A DNA stretch of 64,000 nt, taken from positions 1-64,000 of the forward strand of contig CAWDGJ010000008.1 of NCBI GenBank assembly GCA_963801815.1. Direction: 5' to 3'. Below the pieces are notes generated by a model. That model worked only from the letters and a program-made list of their open reading frames with translations, did no database searches and was not told the DNA's origin. The DNA is from an uncultured Verrucomicrobiae bacterium (GTDB lineage: Bacteria > Verrucomicrobiota > Verrucomicrobiia > Chthoniobacterales > UBA10450). The first letter of the stretch is position 1. Each line of letters opens with the position of its first letter. The translations under genes were made by a program, and so were the position numbers. Of this stretch, positions 43,303-52,625 are shown one piece after another.

Positions 43303-44025
43303 CTACTTTTTCTTCGTGTAGCTGATCTCCATCGTCTTCTTTTCCTGGCCACCCTGGTTCTCGTACCACTCGAGACTCATGTGGTTGTTATCAACGATCT
43401 TGAGGACTTCCCGGACCTGGGTTTTCATTCCGGGCATCGCTTCGATTTCCGCGGTGTAGGTGAACGATTTCGTAGCCGGATCGTAAGTGCCTTCCGAGGG
43501 CTCGATACCCGTACCCATGTTGTCGATCCACGACGCCACGAATTTCTTCTTCACGTTGTCGTAGCCCTCAAGGCCCATTCCCTTGAACATGACGTCTTTC
43601 ATTTTCCCTTTTTCATCGGGCATCTGTATTTTGCCACTCACATCCATGGTCACGTAGCGCCCGCCCATGATCGATTTTCTGACCGCGGTTCCTTTCGATT
43701 CTTGCGGCTTGGCGTTTGGGTCCGGGTTCATCCAGAACTTGATGGTGTAGTTCCAGTCGCCGTCGAGGCTGGATAGAAGCTTGTGGTTCTCGTTCAATTT
43801 CGACATCTCCATCATCTGCGCCATCATTTTTTGCATGTCGGCAGCACTCGGCTGACCGGTCTGCGCGGTCACCGCAGTTCCACCAGATGAATTCGCCGGA
43901 ACCGCGACCTGGCCGGTATTGGACATTTTATCGCCGGGCGCGGGCGAAGTTGTCATTTGAGCGAAGGCTGAAACAGCGAACGAGGTCGCTGCGAAAAACG
44001 CGATGACAATCAGGGATGATTTCAT
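43303..44025 (-). CDS. DUF1579 protein, exported
   Basis: Signal peptide; HKLL...GDW, GYDNVKKKFVASWIDNMGT. Confidence 0.82.
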   Translation of the reverse strand: MKSSLIVIAFFAATSFAVSAFAQMTTSPAPGDKMSNTGQVAVPANSSGGTAVTAQTGQPSAADMQKMMAQMMEMSKLNENHKLLSSLDGDWNYTIKFWMNPDPNAKPQESKGTAVRKSIMGGRYVTMDVSGKIQMPDEKGKMKDVMFKGMGLEGYDNVKKKFVASWIDNMGTGIEPSEGTYDPATKSFTYTAEIEAMPGMKTQVREVLKIVDNNHMSLEWYENQGGQEKKTMEISYTKKK

Positions 44026-44125
44026 GGCGCATTTTGCCAGTGACCAGTGACAGGTGACAAGCGACAAGTTGGTCGCGGCGAGGCGCCGCAACCAGCACGC
44101 GAGGCGCGTGCGCTCCCCAGAAAGT

Positions 44126-45146
44126 TTACCAGCCGAGGACTTTTGCGAAAATCAGCGGCGCGACAATTGTGGCGTCGGATTCGATGACGAAGCGCGGCGT
44201 GGTGGAGCGCAGCTTGCCCCAGGTGATTTTTTCGTTCGGCACCGCGCCCGAATACGATCCGTAGCTGGTGGTCGAATCGCTGATCTGGCAAAAATAGCCC
44301 CACTCCGGCACCTGTTCGGTGACGAGGTCCTGATTGAGGAGCGGGACCACGCAAATCGGAAAATCACCGGCGATGCCACCGCCGATCTGGAAAAACCCGA
44401 TCGACGATTCCTTCGATTCACGCCGATACCAGTTAACCAGTTCCATCATGTATTCGATGCCGGAGCGGACGGTATGGACGTCACTAATGTGGCCGGTGAT
44501 GCAACGCGCAGCATAAATATTTCCAAGCGTGGAATCCTCCCAGCCGGGTACGACCATCGGCAGATTCTTGTGCGCCGCCGCCATCATCCAACTGTCGGCC
44601 GGATCGATCTCATAAAATTTTTTGAGGTGGCATTCACGCAGGATCTTGAAAAGAAACTCGTGTGGAAATTTTCGCTCCTTACTTTTCGCGGCCCGAACCC
44701 ATTCATCGATCACGATCCGTTCGATCCGACGGATCGCTTCCTCTTCCGGAATGCAGGTGTCGGTTACGCGATTGAGATGGCGACTCGAGAAGCTCTTCTT
44801 CCTGTTGCGGACTGAGCTCGCGATAGTTTGGGAGCCGCTCGTAATGACTGCGGGCAACGAGATTGAAGAGGTCTTCCTCCAGATTCGCGCCGGTGCAGGT
44901 GATGGCGTGGACTTTGTCGTGTCGAATCATTTCAGCCAGCGAAATACCGAGCTCGGCCGTGCTCATCGCGCCGGCGAGCGTGATCATCATTTTGCCGCCA
45001 CTATTGAGATGCGCGATGTAAGCATCGGCGGCGTCCTTGACCACCGCGGCGTTGAAGTGCCGGTAATGCCGATCAATGAATTCGCTGATCGGGCCCGCTT
45101 TAACGCGGTGAACGTTCGCAGCTTCACCTGTCCGCTTTTGCTGCAC
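44126..45146 (-). CDS. Deoxyhypusine synthase-family protein (one indel near 44790)
   Basis: LAGAMSTAE, TGANLEED, GGGIAGDF, GSYSGA, EKITWGK, SDATIVAP. Confidence 0.9.
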
Positions 45147-45210
45147 GGAAAGTCTATAACGTGATTTCTAACAAATGAGCACGCATTTTTTTGACTGGAG
45201 CTAAGATTTT

Positions 45211-46671
45211 TTAGGGCATCGATCTGGCAATGAGGGCCGCGAGGTTCTCCGGCAGCACGCCGAGGAGAAGAACCGATGCGGCAAGAATCGCCATGACGGA
45301 TTGCTGAAGCGCGGTTGTTCCGAACGCGGAAGGGGCAGTTTTTCCCGCCCTATCGTTCACGAAGATCACTTTGAGAACGCTCAAATAATAATACAGCGAA
45401 ACGAAACTACCAAAGAGGGCGAGAATAACCAGCCAAAGCAAGCCGTGATTGCCACCCGCCCGAAACGCCACGCTGAACAGATAAAACTTTCCGAAAAACC
45501 CGGCCAACGGGGGCAAACCGGCGAGCGAGAGCATGAAGATCGACATGCAGGCTGCTACCAGAGGCGAACGCGATCCCAATCCGGCGAAGTTTTGTAAATC
45601 GTCACCGCCGGTTTGGCGTCTCACAAGTCCGACCACAGCGAATGCGCCGACCAGCGTGATCGCGTAGACCGTGGTGTAAAAAAGCGTTGCCGAAAAGCCT
45701 TCCCGCCCGCCCGCCACCAGGCCAAGCAAGGTATAACCGCCGTGCGCGACCGCCGAGTAAGCAAGCAGCCGGCGGACGTTGGTTTGAACGAGCGCAACAA
45801 AATTTCCCAACAAGATCGACAACGCAGCCAACACTGCGAGAACAGGCGACCAGCCGGCGACCATCGCATGCCAGGCAGCGCTGCCACTAGCCGGGCCGAA
45901 ACCGGTGAGCACGATTTTTCCGAGCACGACGAACGCGGCAACTTTTGAACCGGAGGCAATGAAAGCGGCGCTCGGAATCGGCGCGCCTTGATACGCGTCG
46001 GGCGCCCAAAGATGAAACGGTGCGGCAGTGATCTTGAACGCAAAACCGATTAGGGTCATGACGATTCCGACGGCAAGAAGCGGTTGGACCGAACCGGCGG
46101 TGAGTCTTTCCGCAACGGAGGCGAGCCCAGTCGTCCCAGTCATTCCATAGACCAGGCTGATTCCAAAAAGCGTGAACGCGCTCGCGGTGCTGCCAAAGAG
46201 AAAATATTTCAGGCCGGCTTCGGCAGAACGGGCGTCGGTTTTGTCAAACGCCGCCATCACGTAAAGCGATAAACCGAGGAGTTCGAGCGCTATGAAAATC
46301 ATCAGGAACTCTTCGCTGTCGACGAGCAGCAGCAGTCCCACGGTGCCTAACAACAACATGGCCAGGTATTCGCCAGGGTTACGGAGAGATTTTTCCGACG
46401 CAGCAAGTGGAATCGTGACGAACGCCAACGCAAGGCAGACAACCTTGAACAACGAATTGAGTGGCGAAATTACCAGCATCCCGCCGAACAAATTCGCGTG
46501 CTGGGGCAACCGAACCACGGTCCACATCGCTAACAGAGTTCCAAGAGCGGCAACTATTGCAGGAAAATTACCGGGCCGAGCGCTAGTTAGGCCGATGGTC
46601 AGCACCGCCAGCGCAACCAAAACGATAGTTGCTTCCGGCGCGGCGAGCTGGAGAAGTTGGAAATAGTTCAT
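45211..46671 (-). CDS. nuoN: NADH-quinone oxidoreductase subunit N
   Basis: EAGLKYF, FKITAAPFHLWAPDAY, RLLAYS, GLPPLAGFFGK. Confidence 0.92.
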   Translation of the reverse strand: MNYFQLLQLAAPEATIVLVALAVLTIGLTSARPGNFPAIVAALGTLLAMWTVVRLPQHANLFGGMLVISPLNSLFKVVCLALAFVTIPLAASEKSLRNPGEYLAMLLLGTVGLLLLVDSEEFLMIFIALELLGLSLYVMAAFDKTDARSAEAGLKYFLFGSTASAFTLFGISLVYGMTGTTGLASVAERLTAGSVQPLLAVGIVMTLIGFAFKITAAPFHLWAPDAYQGAPIPSAAFIASGSKVAAFVVLGKIVLTGFGPASGSAAWHAMVAGWSPVLAVLAALSILLGNFVALVQTNVRRLLAYSAVAHGGYTLLGLVAGGREGFSATLFYTTVYAITLVGAFAVVGLVRRQTGGDDLQNFAGLGSRSPLVAACMSIFMLSLAGLPPLAGFFGKFYLFSVAFRAGGNHGLLWLVILALFGSFVSLYYYLSVLKVIFVNDRAGKTAPSAFGTTALQQSVMAILAASVLLLGVLPENLAALIARSMP

Positions 46672-48179
46672 TTCAAGAAACGCATCGCTTCGACCGCAGG
46701 TTGGATTCGGTCGAGAAGGATTTTTGGATAAAGTCCGACGGCAAGGGTTGCGAACATCAGCAGGGCGGCGCCAAGTTTTTCGGGAACCGTGATTGGTTCG
46801 AGGTGGATCGAGTGCTCCGCGCTCGACGTTATTTCCGTCGGCGAAGCCGACACTTGTTTAGCATCGTCCGACGGAGCGGCCGATCCACCAGGATCGACAT
46901 CGAAAAATGAACGCTTCAATGCCCGGAGCGTAAAGGCAGCCACCAACACCATGCCGGCGCCAACGATCCAGACTACAAGAGGGTATGCTTTCCAGACGCC
47001 GATGAGGATCGTGATTTCGGCGGCAAACCCGCTGAACCCTGGAATGCCCATCGAAGCCGCTGAGGCAACGACGAAGGTGAACGCCGCGAATGGAAGCGCT
47101 CGGCGAAGATTCATCCGCGATAGCGCGTCGAGATCGCGCGTGTGAGTGCGACGATAAATCATGGTGCCGGCAACGGCGAAGAGAAGGGCGCCGATCACGC
47201 CATGGGAAAACATTTGAAGCACGGCGCCGGAAACGCCGAAAAGGTTCGCGGTTGCCAGGCCGAGCAAAACGAAGCCCATGTGACTGACGCTCGAATAACC
47301 GATCACGAATTTGAGATCGCGCTGACGCAAAGCGACCGCGGCAGCGTAGACAATTCCAACAACCGCGAGAACGGCGATCCAATTGCGCCACATTTGGAAG
47401 CCTTGGGGAAAAAGATTCATAGCCACGCGCAACGCGGCGTAGGCACCCAGCTTCATTACGATCCCAGCGAGCAACATTGAACCCGCGGTCGGCGCGGCGA
47501 CGTGCCCGGTGGGCGCCCAGGTGTGCAATGGCCAAATGCCGGCAAGCACCGCAAACCCAAGAAACAAAACCGGAAAGGCCCAGGACTGGAGTTGGGGTGG
47601 AAATTGAAATTGGGCGAGCTGATTTAAATCAAGCGAACCGCCCGCGACATAAGCGGTGATCACTCCCAAAAAGACGAGGGCGCCGCCAAAAAATGAATAC
47701 AGCGTTAGCTTCATTGCGCCGTACTCCTTGTTGGTCGAACCAAAGATCGCGATCAGGAAATATTTCGGAACAATGACGAGCTCATAAAAGAGAAAGAGAA
47801 GAAAAAGATCGGCACTGAGGAAAACGCCGTAGGAGCCGCCGACCACCAGCAGAAGCCAAAAGAAAAACTCGTTCGCCCGCTCACGAACATCCCACGAAAA
47901 CAAAACCGCGCTGATTGCAGCCAAACCTGTAACAAGAACCAGCGTCAGACTGATGCCATCCAGGGCGAGATGGAAATTCATTCCAAGTGCCGGAATCCAG
48001 GAGACGCGAACGATCGTTGTGAAATGGGCAAGATCGACATCGTGGCGGAAGAATGTCGTCAGACTGATGGCGAGACCGGCAGTAGTCGTGACGAGTGCGA
48101 TCCAGCGAGCCAGGAGCCGCGGAAGCAACAAAACCACAACCGCACCGGTGAACGTGATGTAAATCGTCCAGGCGATCAT
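46668..48179 (-). CDS. nuoM: NADH-quinone oxidoreductase subunit M (distal copy)
   Basis: FLFYE, PLHTWAP..H, LAGIVMKLG, YSSVSHMG, SHG, GIPGFSGFAAE. Confidence 0.88.
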   Translation of the reverse strand: MIAWTIYITFTGAVVVLLLPRLLARWIALVTTTAGLAISLTTFFRHDVDLAHFTTIVRVSWIPALGMNFHLALDGISLTLVLVTGLAAISAVLFSWDVRERANEFFFWLLLVVGGSYGVFLSADLFLLFLFYELVIVPKYFLIAIFGSTNKEYGAMKLTLYSFFGGALVFLGVITAYVAGGSLDLNQLAQFQFPPQLQSWAFPVLFLGFAVLAGIWPLHTWAPTGHVAAPTAGSMLLAGIVMKLGAYAALRVAMNLFPQGFQMWRNWIAVLAVVGIVYAAAVALRQRDLKFVIGYSSVSHMGFVLLGLATANLFGVSGAVLQMFSHGVIGALLFAVAGTMIYRRTHTRDLDALSRMNLRRALPFAAFTFVVASAASMGIPGFSGFAAEITILIGVWKAYPLVVWIVGAGMVLVAAFTLRALKRSFFDVDPGGSAAPSDDAKQVSASPTEITSSAEHSIHLEPITVPEKLGAALLMFATLAVGLYPKILLDRIQPAVEAMRFLK

Positions 48180-48186
48180 CCCATTG

Positions 48187-49668
48187 TCAGCTGAACAGTC
48201 GCGCCATGTGAACGACGGTTGTGTTGAAGATGTTGAAGACGAATTGAGGATTGAGGCCAATCGCAAACATCAACAGCGTCACCGGAACGATGACGAGTTT
48301 CTCATTGAGCACCAGATCGGAGAATCCCGAACAGCTTTCGGCGAGTGGACCGCTAAAGAGCGATTGCATCGCGCGCATGAAAGTTACGGCCGTAAAAAGC
48401 AAACCGATTACCGCGATGGCGGTAAATCCAGCGGCCGTCGCGAACGAGCCCTTGAAAATTAAGAATTCGCCAATGAACCCGTTGAGTCCGGGCAAGCCTA
48501 ACGACGAGAACATTGCGACGCTCATCCACCCGCACAGCAGCGGTGTGCGTTGCATCAACCCGCCAAAATCATTGATCCCGCGCAAACCGCGCCGCTCTTC
48601 CAGCAAACCGACAAAATAGAAAAGCGCGGCCGCGGTCACGCCGTGATTGAAGATCTGGAGAAACACACCGCTCAACGCAGCATGATTGTCGATCGCTGAC
48701 GGCGTCGAAGTCGCGGTGATCGCGAACAAGCCAAGCAGACAGTAGCCGAGGTGGTTAATCGACAAGTATGCGACCATTCGTTTGAGATCCCGCTGCGCCC
48801 AGGCCGCCAATGGCGCGAATACGATTGAGCAAACGACAAGAGTGAGTAGCCACGGACTGGCGACTTTAATTTCGTTCGGAAAAAGCGGGATGAGTAATCG
48901 GATGAAACCGTAGACGCCCATTTTCGAAAGCGTGCCAGTCAACACCATCGAAACTCCGGTCGGCGCGGTTTGGTAGGCGTCCGGCAGCCAGGTGTGAAAT
49001 GGGAACAGCGGAACCTTGACGGCGAGACCGAGAAAAATTCCTCCGAAAACGAACCAGCGAAAGTTTCCGGAGATCAATCCGCCCTTGCCGAGATCGGCCA
49101 GCGCAACGAAATCGAATGTCCCTTTGGTAAAATAAATTCCGAGAAACGCCAGCAGCATCGTGACGCTGCCGAGGAAGGTGTAGAGGAAGAACTTGACCGC
49201 CGCGTAGTCGCGCCCCGCCCCGGCGGGGTCGCCGTAGATTTTGATGAGCAGAAACGACGGCACGAGGCTCATCTCGTAAAACAAAAACCAGAGCACGAAA
49301 TTCTGGGCGGTGAACGTGCCGTAGAGGGCGGCCTGCATCACCAGCATCAGCGCGCAGGCACCGCGTTCCAGTTTTTGCGCGCAAAACGCGAACGGAAAAA
49401 CCAGCGACGTGAGCAAAACGAGAAGCAAACTCAAACCATCAATGCCCACGACGTACTCGGCGCCGATCGATGGGATCCAGGTATGACGCTCGATTAGCTG
49501 CAATCCAGGCGCAGTGGCATCGAACTTTTGCCAAAGCATGAGTGCATAAAACGCAGACAGCGCGTTAAAGATGAACGCGACCGTGCGCGGATTTTTTGGA
49601 TGCCCGATGTAAAGCACGATCGCGCCGGCAACGGGAATGAGGATGAGCGCTGTGATCAAGCCAACCAT
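48187..49668 (-). CDS. nuoM: NADH-quinone oxidoreductase subunit M (copy next to nuoL)
   Basis: GIDGLS, FLFYE, VKVPLFPFHTWLPDAY, KMGVYG, GLPGLNGFIGEF. Confidence 0.9.
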   Translation of the reverse strand: MVGLITALILIPVAGAIVLYIGHPKNPRTVAFIFNALSAFYALMLWQKFDATAPGLQLIERHTWIPSIGAEYVVGIDGLSLLLVLLTSLVFPFAFCAQKLERGACALMLVMQAALYGTFTAQNFVLWFLFYEMSLVPSFLLIKIYGDPAGAGRDYAAVKFFLYTFLGSVTMLLAFLGIYFTKGTFDFVALADLGKGGLISGNFRWFVFGGIFLGLAVKVPLFPFHTWLPDAYQTAPTGVSMVLTGTLSKMGVYGFIRLLIPLFPNEIKVASPWLLTLVVCSIVFAPLAAWAQRDLKRMVAYLSINHLGYCLLGLFAITATSTPSAIDNHAALSGVFLQIFNHGVTAAALFYFVGLLEERRGLRGINDFGGLMQRTPLLCGWMSVAMFSSLGLPGLNGFIGEFLIFKGSFATAAGFTAIAVIGLLFTAVTFMRAMQSLFSGPLAESCSGFSDLVLNEKLVIVPVTLLMFAIGLNPQFVFNIFNTTVVHMARLFS

Positions 49669-51623
49669 GCGTAGAAGAGAAGTAGCGCGAGCGTTCCGAG
49701 CGCGATCGCGCCGAGGTAGATCTGAATTTGTCCCGATTGAAATCGTGACATCACGCGACCAAAGCCGCGCGCACCAACCGTAGTCTCATCAACGCCCGCG
49801 TTGATAACGCCCTCGTCGGTCCCGGCCGTGATCGCTCCGAACAATCTCCCGATCGCGCCGATGCAGCGGACGAGCCCGTCCCAAATGTAACGGTCCATCC
49901 AATCGGAGATACGAGCTGCAAGCGCGGCGAGCGCGATGATTGTGCGCTCGTATAATTCATCGATCCACATCTTGTTTTCGAGAAAACGGAAGAGTGCGGG
50001 CAGTTTTGTTTGGACAGGATCGACTTCGCCAGCGCGCCGGTACAACCAAACACCGATCGCGATGCCGACGCTAACGAGCAGAAGTGAAAGCAAAATCATC
50101 GGCTGAAACAGGAGGTGTGAATCAAATTCGGCCGCGTGCCCTGTGAGATAACTTTCAAGCCATGGCCATGCCGGCGTAAGCACGATGCTGAATGCGACAG
50201 CACAAATCGCGAGCACGATCAGTGGAATTGTCATCACGCGCGGACTTTCGTGGGCGTGGTCGGCGTTGGCGCGCGGCGTTCCAAAAAAGACGTACATGAC
50301 CTGCCGCGTCATGTAGAGCGCAGTGAGAATAACGCCGATCAACAGCAGGTAATGCGGCGCGGGTGACTGCGGCCAACGCTCCGTTGCGTGCAGAACTTCT
50401 TCCTTCGTCCAACCGCCGGAGAACAAGAACGGCACGCCGCTCAATGCCATCATTCCGACGGCGTAAGTCGCGAAGGTAATCGGCATTAGTTTTCGCAAGC
50501 CGCCCATTTTTCGAATGTCCTGCTCGTGGTGAAGCCCGTGAATGACCGAACCGGCGCCGAGAAACAGCAGCGCCTTGAAAAATCCGTGCGCGAGCAGATG
50601 CATGATGCCGGCCGCGACCCCGCCCACGCCTAACGACACCATCATCAAACCAAGCTGCGAAACGGTTGAGTAAGCCAGAATGCGTTTGATGTCGGACTGC
50701 GCCACCGCAATGAGCGCCGCAATTAATCCGGTGATAACGCCGATCCAAACCACGACTGTGAGCGACGAAGTTACCCCGTTGATCGCGCCGACCGAGAAAA
50801 TCGGATAAACGCGCGCGACCAGAAAGACACCCGCCGCGACCATCGTTGCGGCATGGATCAATGCGCTGACCGGTGTAGGACCTTCCATCGCATCCGGCAA
50901 CCAAACGTGAAGCGGGAATTGCCCGGATTTGCCGACTGCGCCGCAGAAAATCAGCAGGGCAATGAACGTCGCGCTCGCACCGAGGACCACGACGTTCTCC
51001 AAACAACCGTGGCCACGGTCATAGAAAAGTAAGGTCCCGCTTCGATGATACAACCAAAGGATCCCGAGAAAAAAACCCATGTCACCGATGCGAGTGGTGA
51101 TAAACGCTTTCTTTGCTGCCGCCGCCGCACTCGGCCGTTCGATCCAAAATCCGATCAACAAATACGAAGCGAGGCCGACCAACTCCCAGAAAACAAAAAG
51201 AAGAAGCAAACTGTTAGCGACCACCACGCCGAGCATCGCCCCGGAAAAGAAGGAGAGATAAGCAAAGAACCGGGAGAAATTTTTGTCCTCGGCCATGTAA
51301 CCGATGCTGAAAACAAAAATGCAAAGACCGACGAGGGTGATCATCACCATCATCGCGGCGGCCAGCGGATCGAGAACAAAACCGATGCGCAACGGTTGCT
51401 CGCCGAACGTGAACCAGGTCAAATTCAGGACTGCGCGAAAAGCGTGATCGTGCAAAGTCGGAAGAAAGGCGAGAATCGACATCGCCAACGCTGCGACTTG
51501 TCCAATCACCGCGACGATCGCAGCAGTCAGACGCGCGTGCTTTCCGAAACCGAGAATCAACAGCGCGGCGACGATCGGTGTCGCCGGGATTAGCCAAACA
51601 TCGGTTGTAATCCAGGAATTCAT
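49656..51623 (-). CDS. nuoL: NADH-quinone oxidoreductase subunit L with extended transverse helix
   Basis: WELVG, GKSGQFPLHVWLPDAMEGPTPVSALIHAATMV, HGFFKALLFL. Confidence 0.93.
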   Translation of the reverse strand: MNSWITTDVWLIPATPIVAALLILGFGKHARLTAAIVAVIGQVAALAMSILAFLPTLHDHAFRAVLNLTWFTFGEQPLRIGFVLDPLAAAMMVMITLVGLCIFVFSIGYMAEDKNFSRFFAYLSFFSGAMLGVVVANSLLLLFVFWELVGLASYLLIGFWIERPSAAAAAKKAFITTRIGDMGFFLGILWLYHRSGTLLFYDRGHGCLENVVVLGASATFIALLIFCGAVGKSGQFPLHVWLPDAMEGPTPVSALIHAATMVAAGVFLVARVYPIFSVGAINGVTSSLTVVVWIGVITGLIAALIAVAQSDIKRILAYSTVSQLGLMMVSLGVGGVAAGIMHLLAHGFFKALLFLGAGSVIHGLHHEQDIRKMGGLRKLMPITFATYAVGMMALSGVPFLFSGGWTKEEVLHATERWPQSPAPHYLLLIGVILTALYMTRQVMYVFFGTPRANADHAHESPRVMTIPLIVLAICAVAFSIVLTPAWPWLESYLTGHAAEFDSHLLFQPMILLSLLLVSVGIAIGVWLYRRAGEVDPVQTKLPALFRFLENKMWIDELYERTIIALAALAARISDWMDRYIWDGLVRCIGAIGRLFGAITAGTDEGVINAGVDETTVGARGFGRVMSRFQSGQIQIYLGAIALGTLALLLFYAWLA

Positions 51624-51934
51624 CCTTTGAGTCGATCGAGCTGGTCGACGTTTGTGGTCCGGAAATGTCGATAGACCGCGATCACCATGGCGAGACCGAC
51701 GGCAACCTCAGCCGCGGCGATCGCGATGGAAAAAATCACCACCATGACGCCGACCGGATAAGGTGATCGCGGACCGAACCGCCAGAAAGCGATGAAGTTC
51801 AGGTTCGCAGCCGCCAGCATCATTTCGATTCCGATTAAAATGAAAATCGCGTGACGACGGCTAAGCGCGGCAAGCAGACCAATGCAAAACAGGGCCGCGG
51901 ATACGATGAGGAAAAACTGGAGCGTTGCTGTCAT
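51620..51934 (-). CDS. nuoK: NADH-quinone oxidoreductase subunit K
   Basis: IEMMLAAANLN, AAAEVAVGLA; ATG at 51934. Confidence 0.92.
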   Translation of the reverse strand: MTATLQFFLIVSAALFCIGLLAALSRRHAIFILIGIEMMLAAANLNFIAFWRFGPRSPYPVGVMVVIFSIAIAAAEVAVGLAMVIAVYRHFRTTNVDQLDRLKG

Positions 51935-51951
51935 CGGCCGCCAAATTGGAT

Positions 51952-52119
51952 TGGGGAGCGCATGCGCCTCGCATGCAAAAGCCAGTCCGGCTCGGACCGA
52001 TCGCGCCCCCGCGATCGCGAACTTTTTCTGCAAGTAAATCTCGGTTGCTGTGTCGCATTCAGAAGACAGCTTTTCGGCGAGGCGCCGAAAAGAACACGCG
52101 AGGGCGCGTGTGCTCCCCA
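51952..52119. repeat. REP-like element with terminal inverted repeats between nuoJ and nuoK
   Basis: TGGGGAGCGCATGCGCC...GGCGCGTGTGCTCCCCA; half-copies at ~44075-44119 and ~18364-18410. Confidence 0.8.
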
Positions 52120-52139
52120 GATGAGGAAGATCGACAACG

Positions 52140-52625
52140 TCATTGCGGTTTGTCCTCCATCACCAGAACCAGGGCACCGATTAGCGCAGCGGTTAGCAAA
52201 ACGCCGACGCATTGCAGCGGCCAAACATAATGAGTCATGAGCGCTTCCCCGATTTGTTTCACGGTAAGTGCCTTAACGACGGGCGGAGTGCTAAAAACAA
52301 ATTTCGTTCTGAGAATTGCCCAAACCAATCCGCCAAAAACCAAGACAGCAACCAGGACTCCACCCCACTTAAACCCGTGCTGCTGTTCGGCATCATGCCG
52401 AGTGAGCAAAATCGTGAACACGATCAGTACCGCGACCGCACCGACATATACGAAAATCTGAACGAGCCCCACAAACTCGGCTCCAAGGAGAAAGAAAAAC
52501 GCGGCAATCCCGACAAACATTACGGCAAAACTGAGCGCCGCATGCATCAGCCGGGGATTGGTTGCTGCAGCCAACGCGAAGGTGAGCGTGAAAATTGCGA
52601 TGATAGCAAACGCGACCGTGTTCAT
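52140..52625 (-). CDS. nuoJ: NADH-quinone oxidoreductase subunit J
   Basis: LGAEFVGLVQIFVYVGAVAVL; ATG at 52625. Confidence 0.92.
   Translation of the reverse strand: MNTVAFAIIAIFTLTFALAAATNPRLMHAALSFAVMFVGIAAFFFLLGAEFVGLVQIFVYVGAVAVLIVFTILLTRHDAEQQHGFKWGGVLVAVLVFGGLVWAILRTKFVFSTPPVVKALTVKQIGEALMTHYVWPLQCVGVLLTAALIGALVLVMEDKPQ

Noticed and set aside
25040..44067. CRISPR array
   Set aside because: Repeats are 7-mers or dispersed palindromes without regular unique spacers; no cas genes.
18500..45146. Programmed frameshifts or pseudogenes in korB, ABC-F, TolB-like, SDR and DHS
   Set aside because: Isolated single-base indels, several in homopolymers, in otherwise well-conserved genes; sequencing error is more parsimonious.
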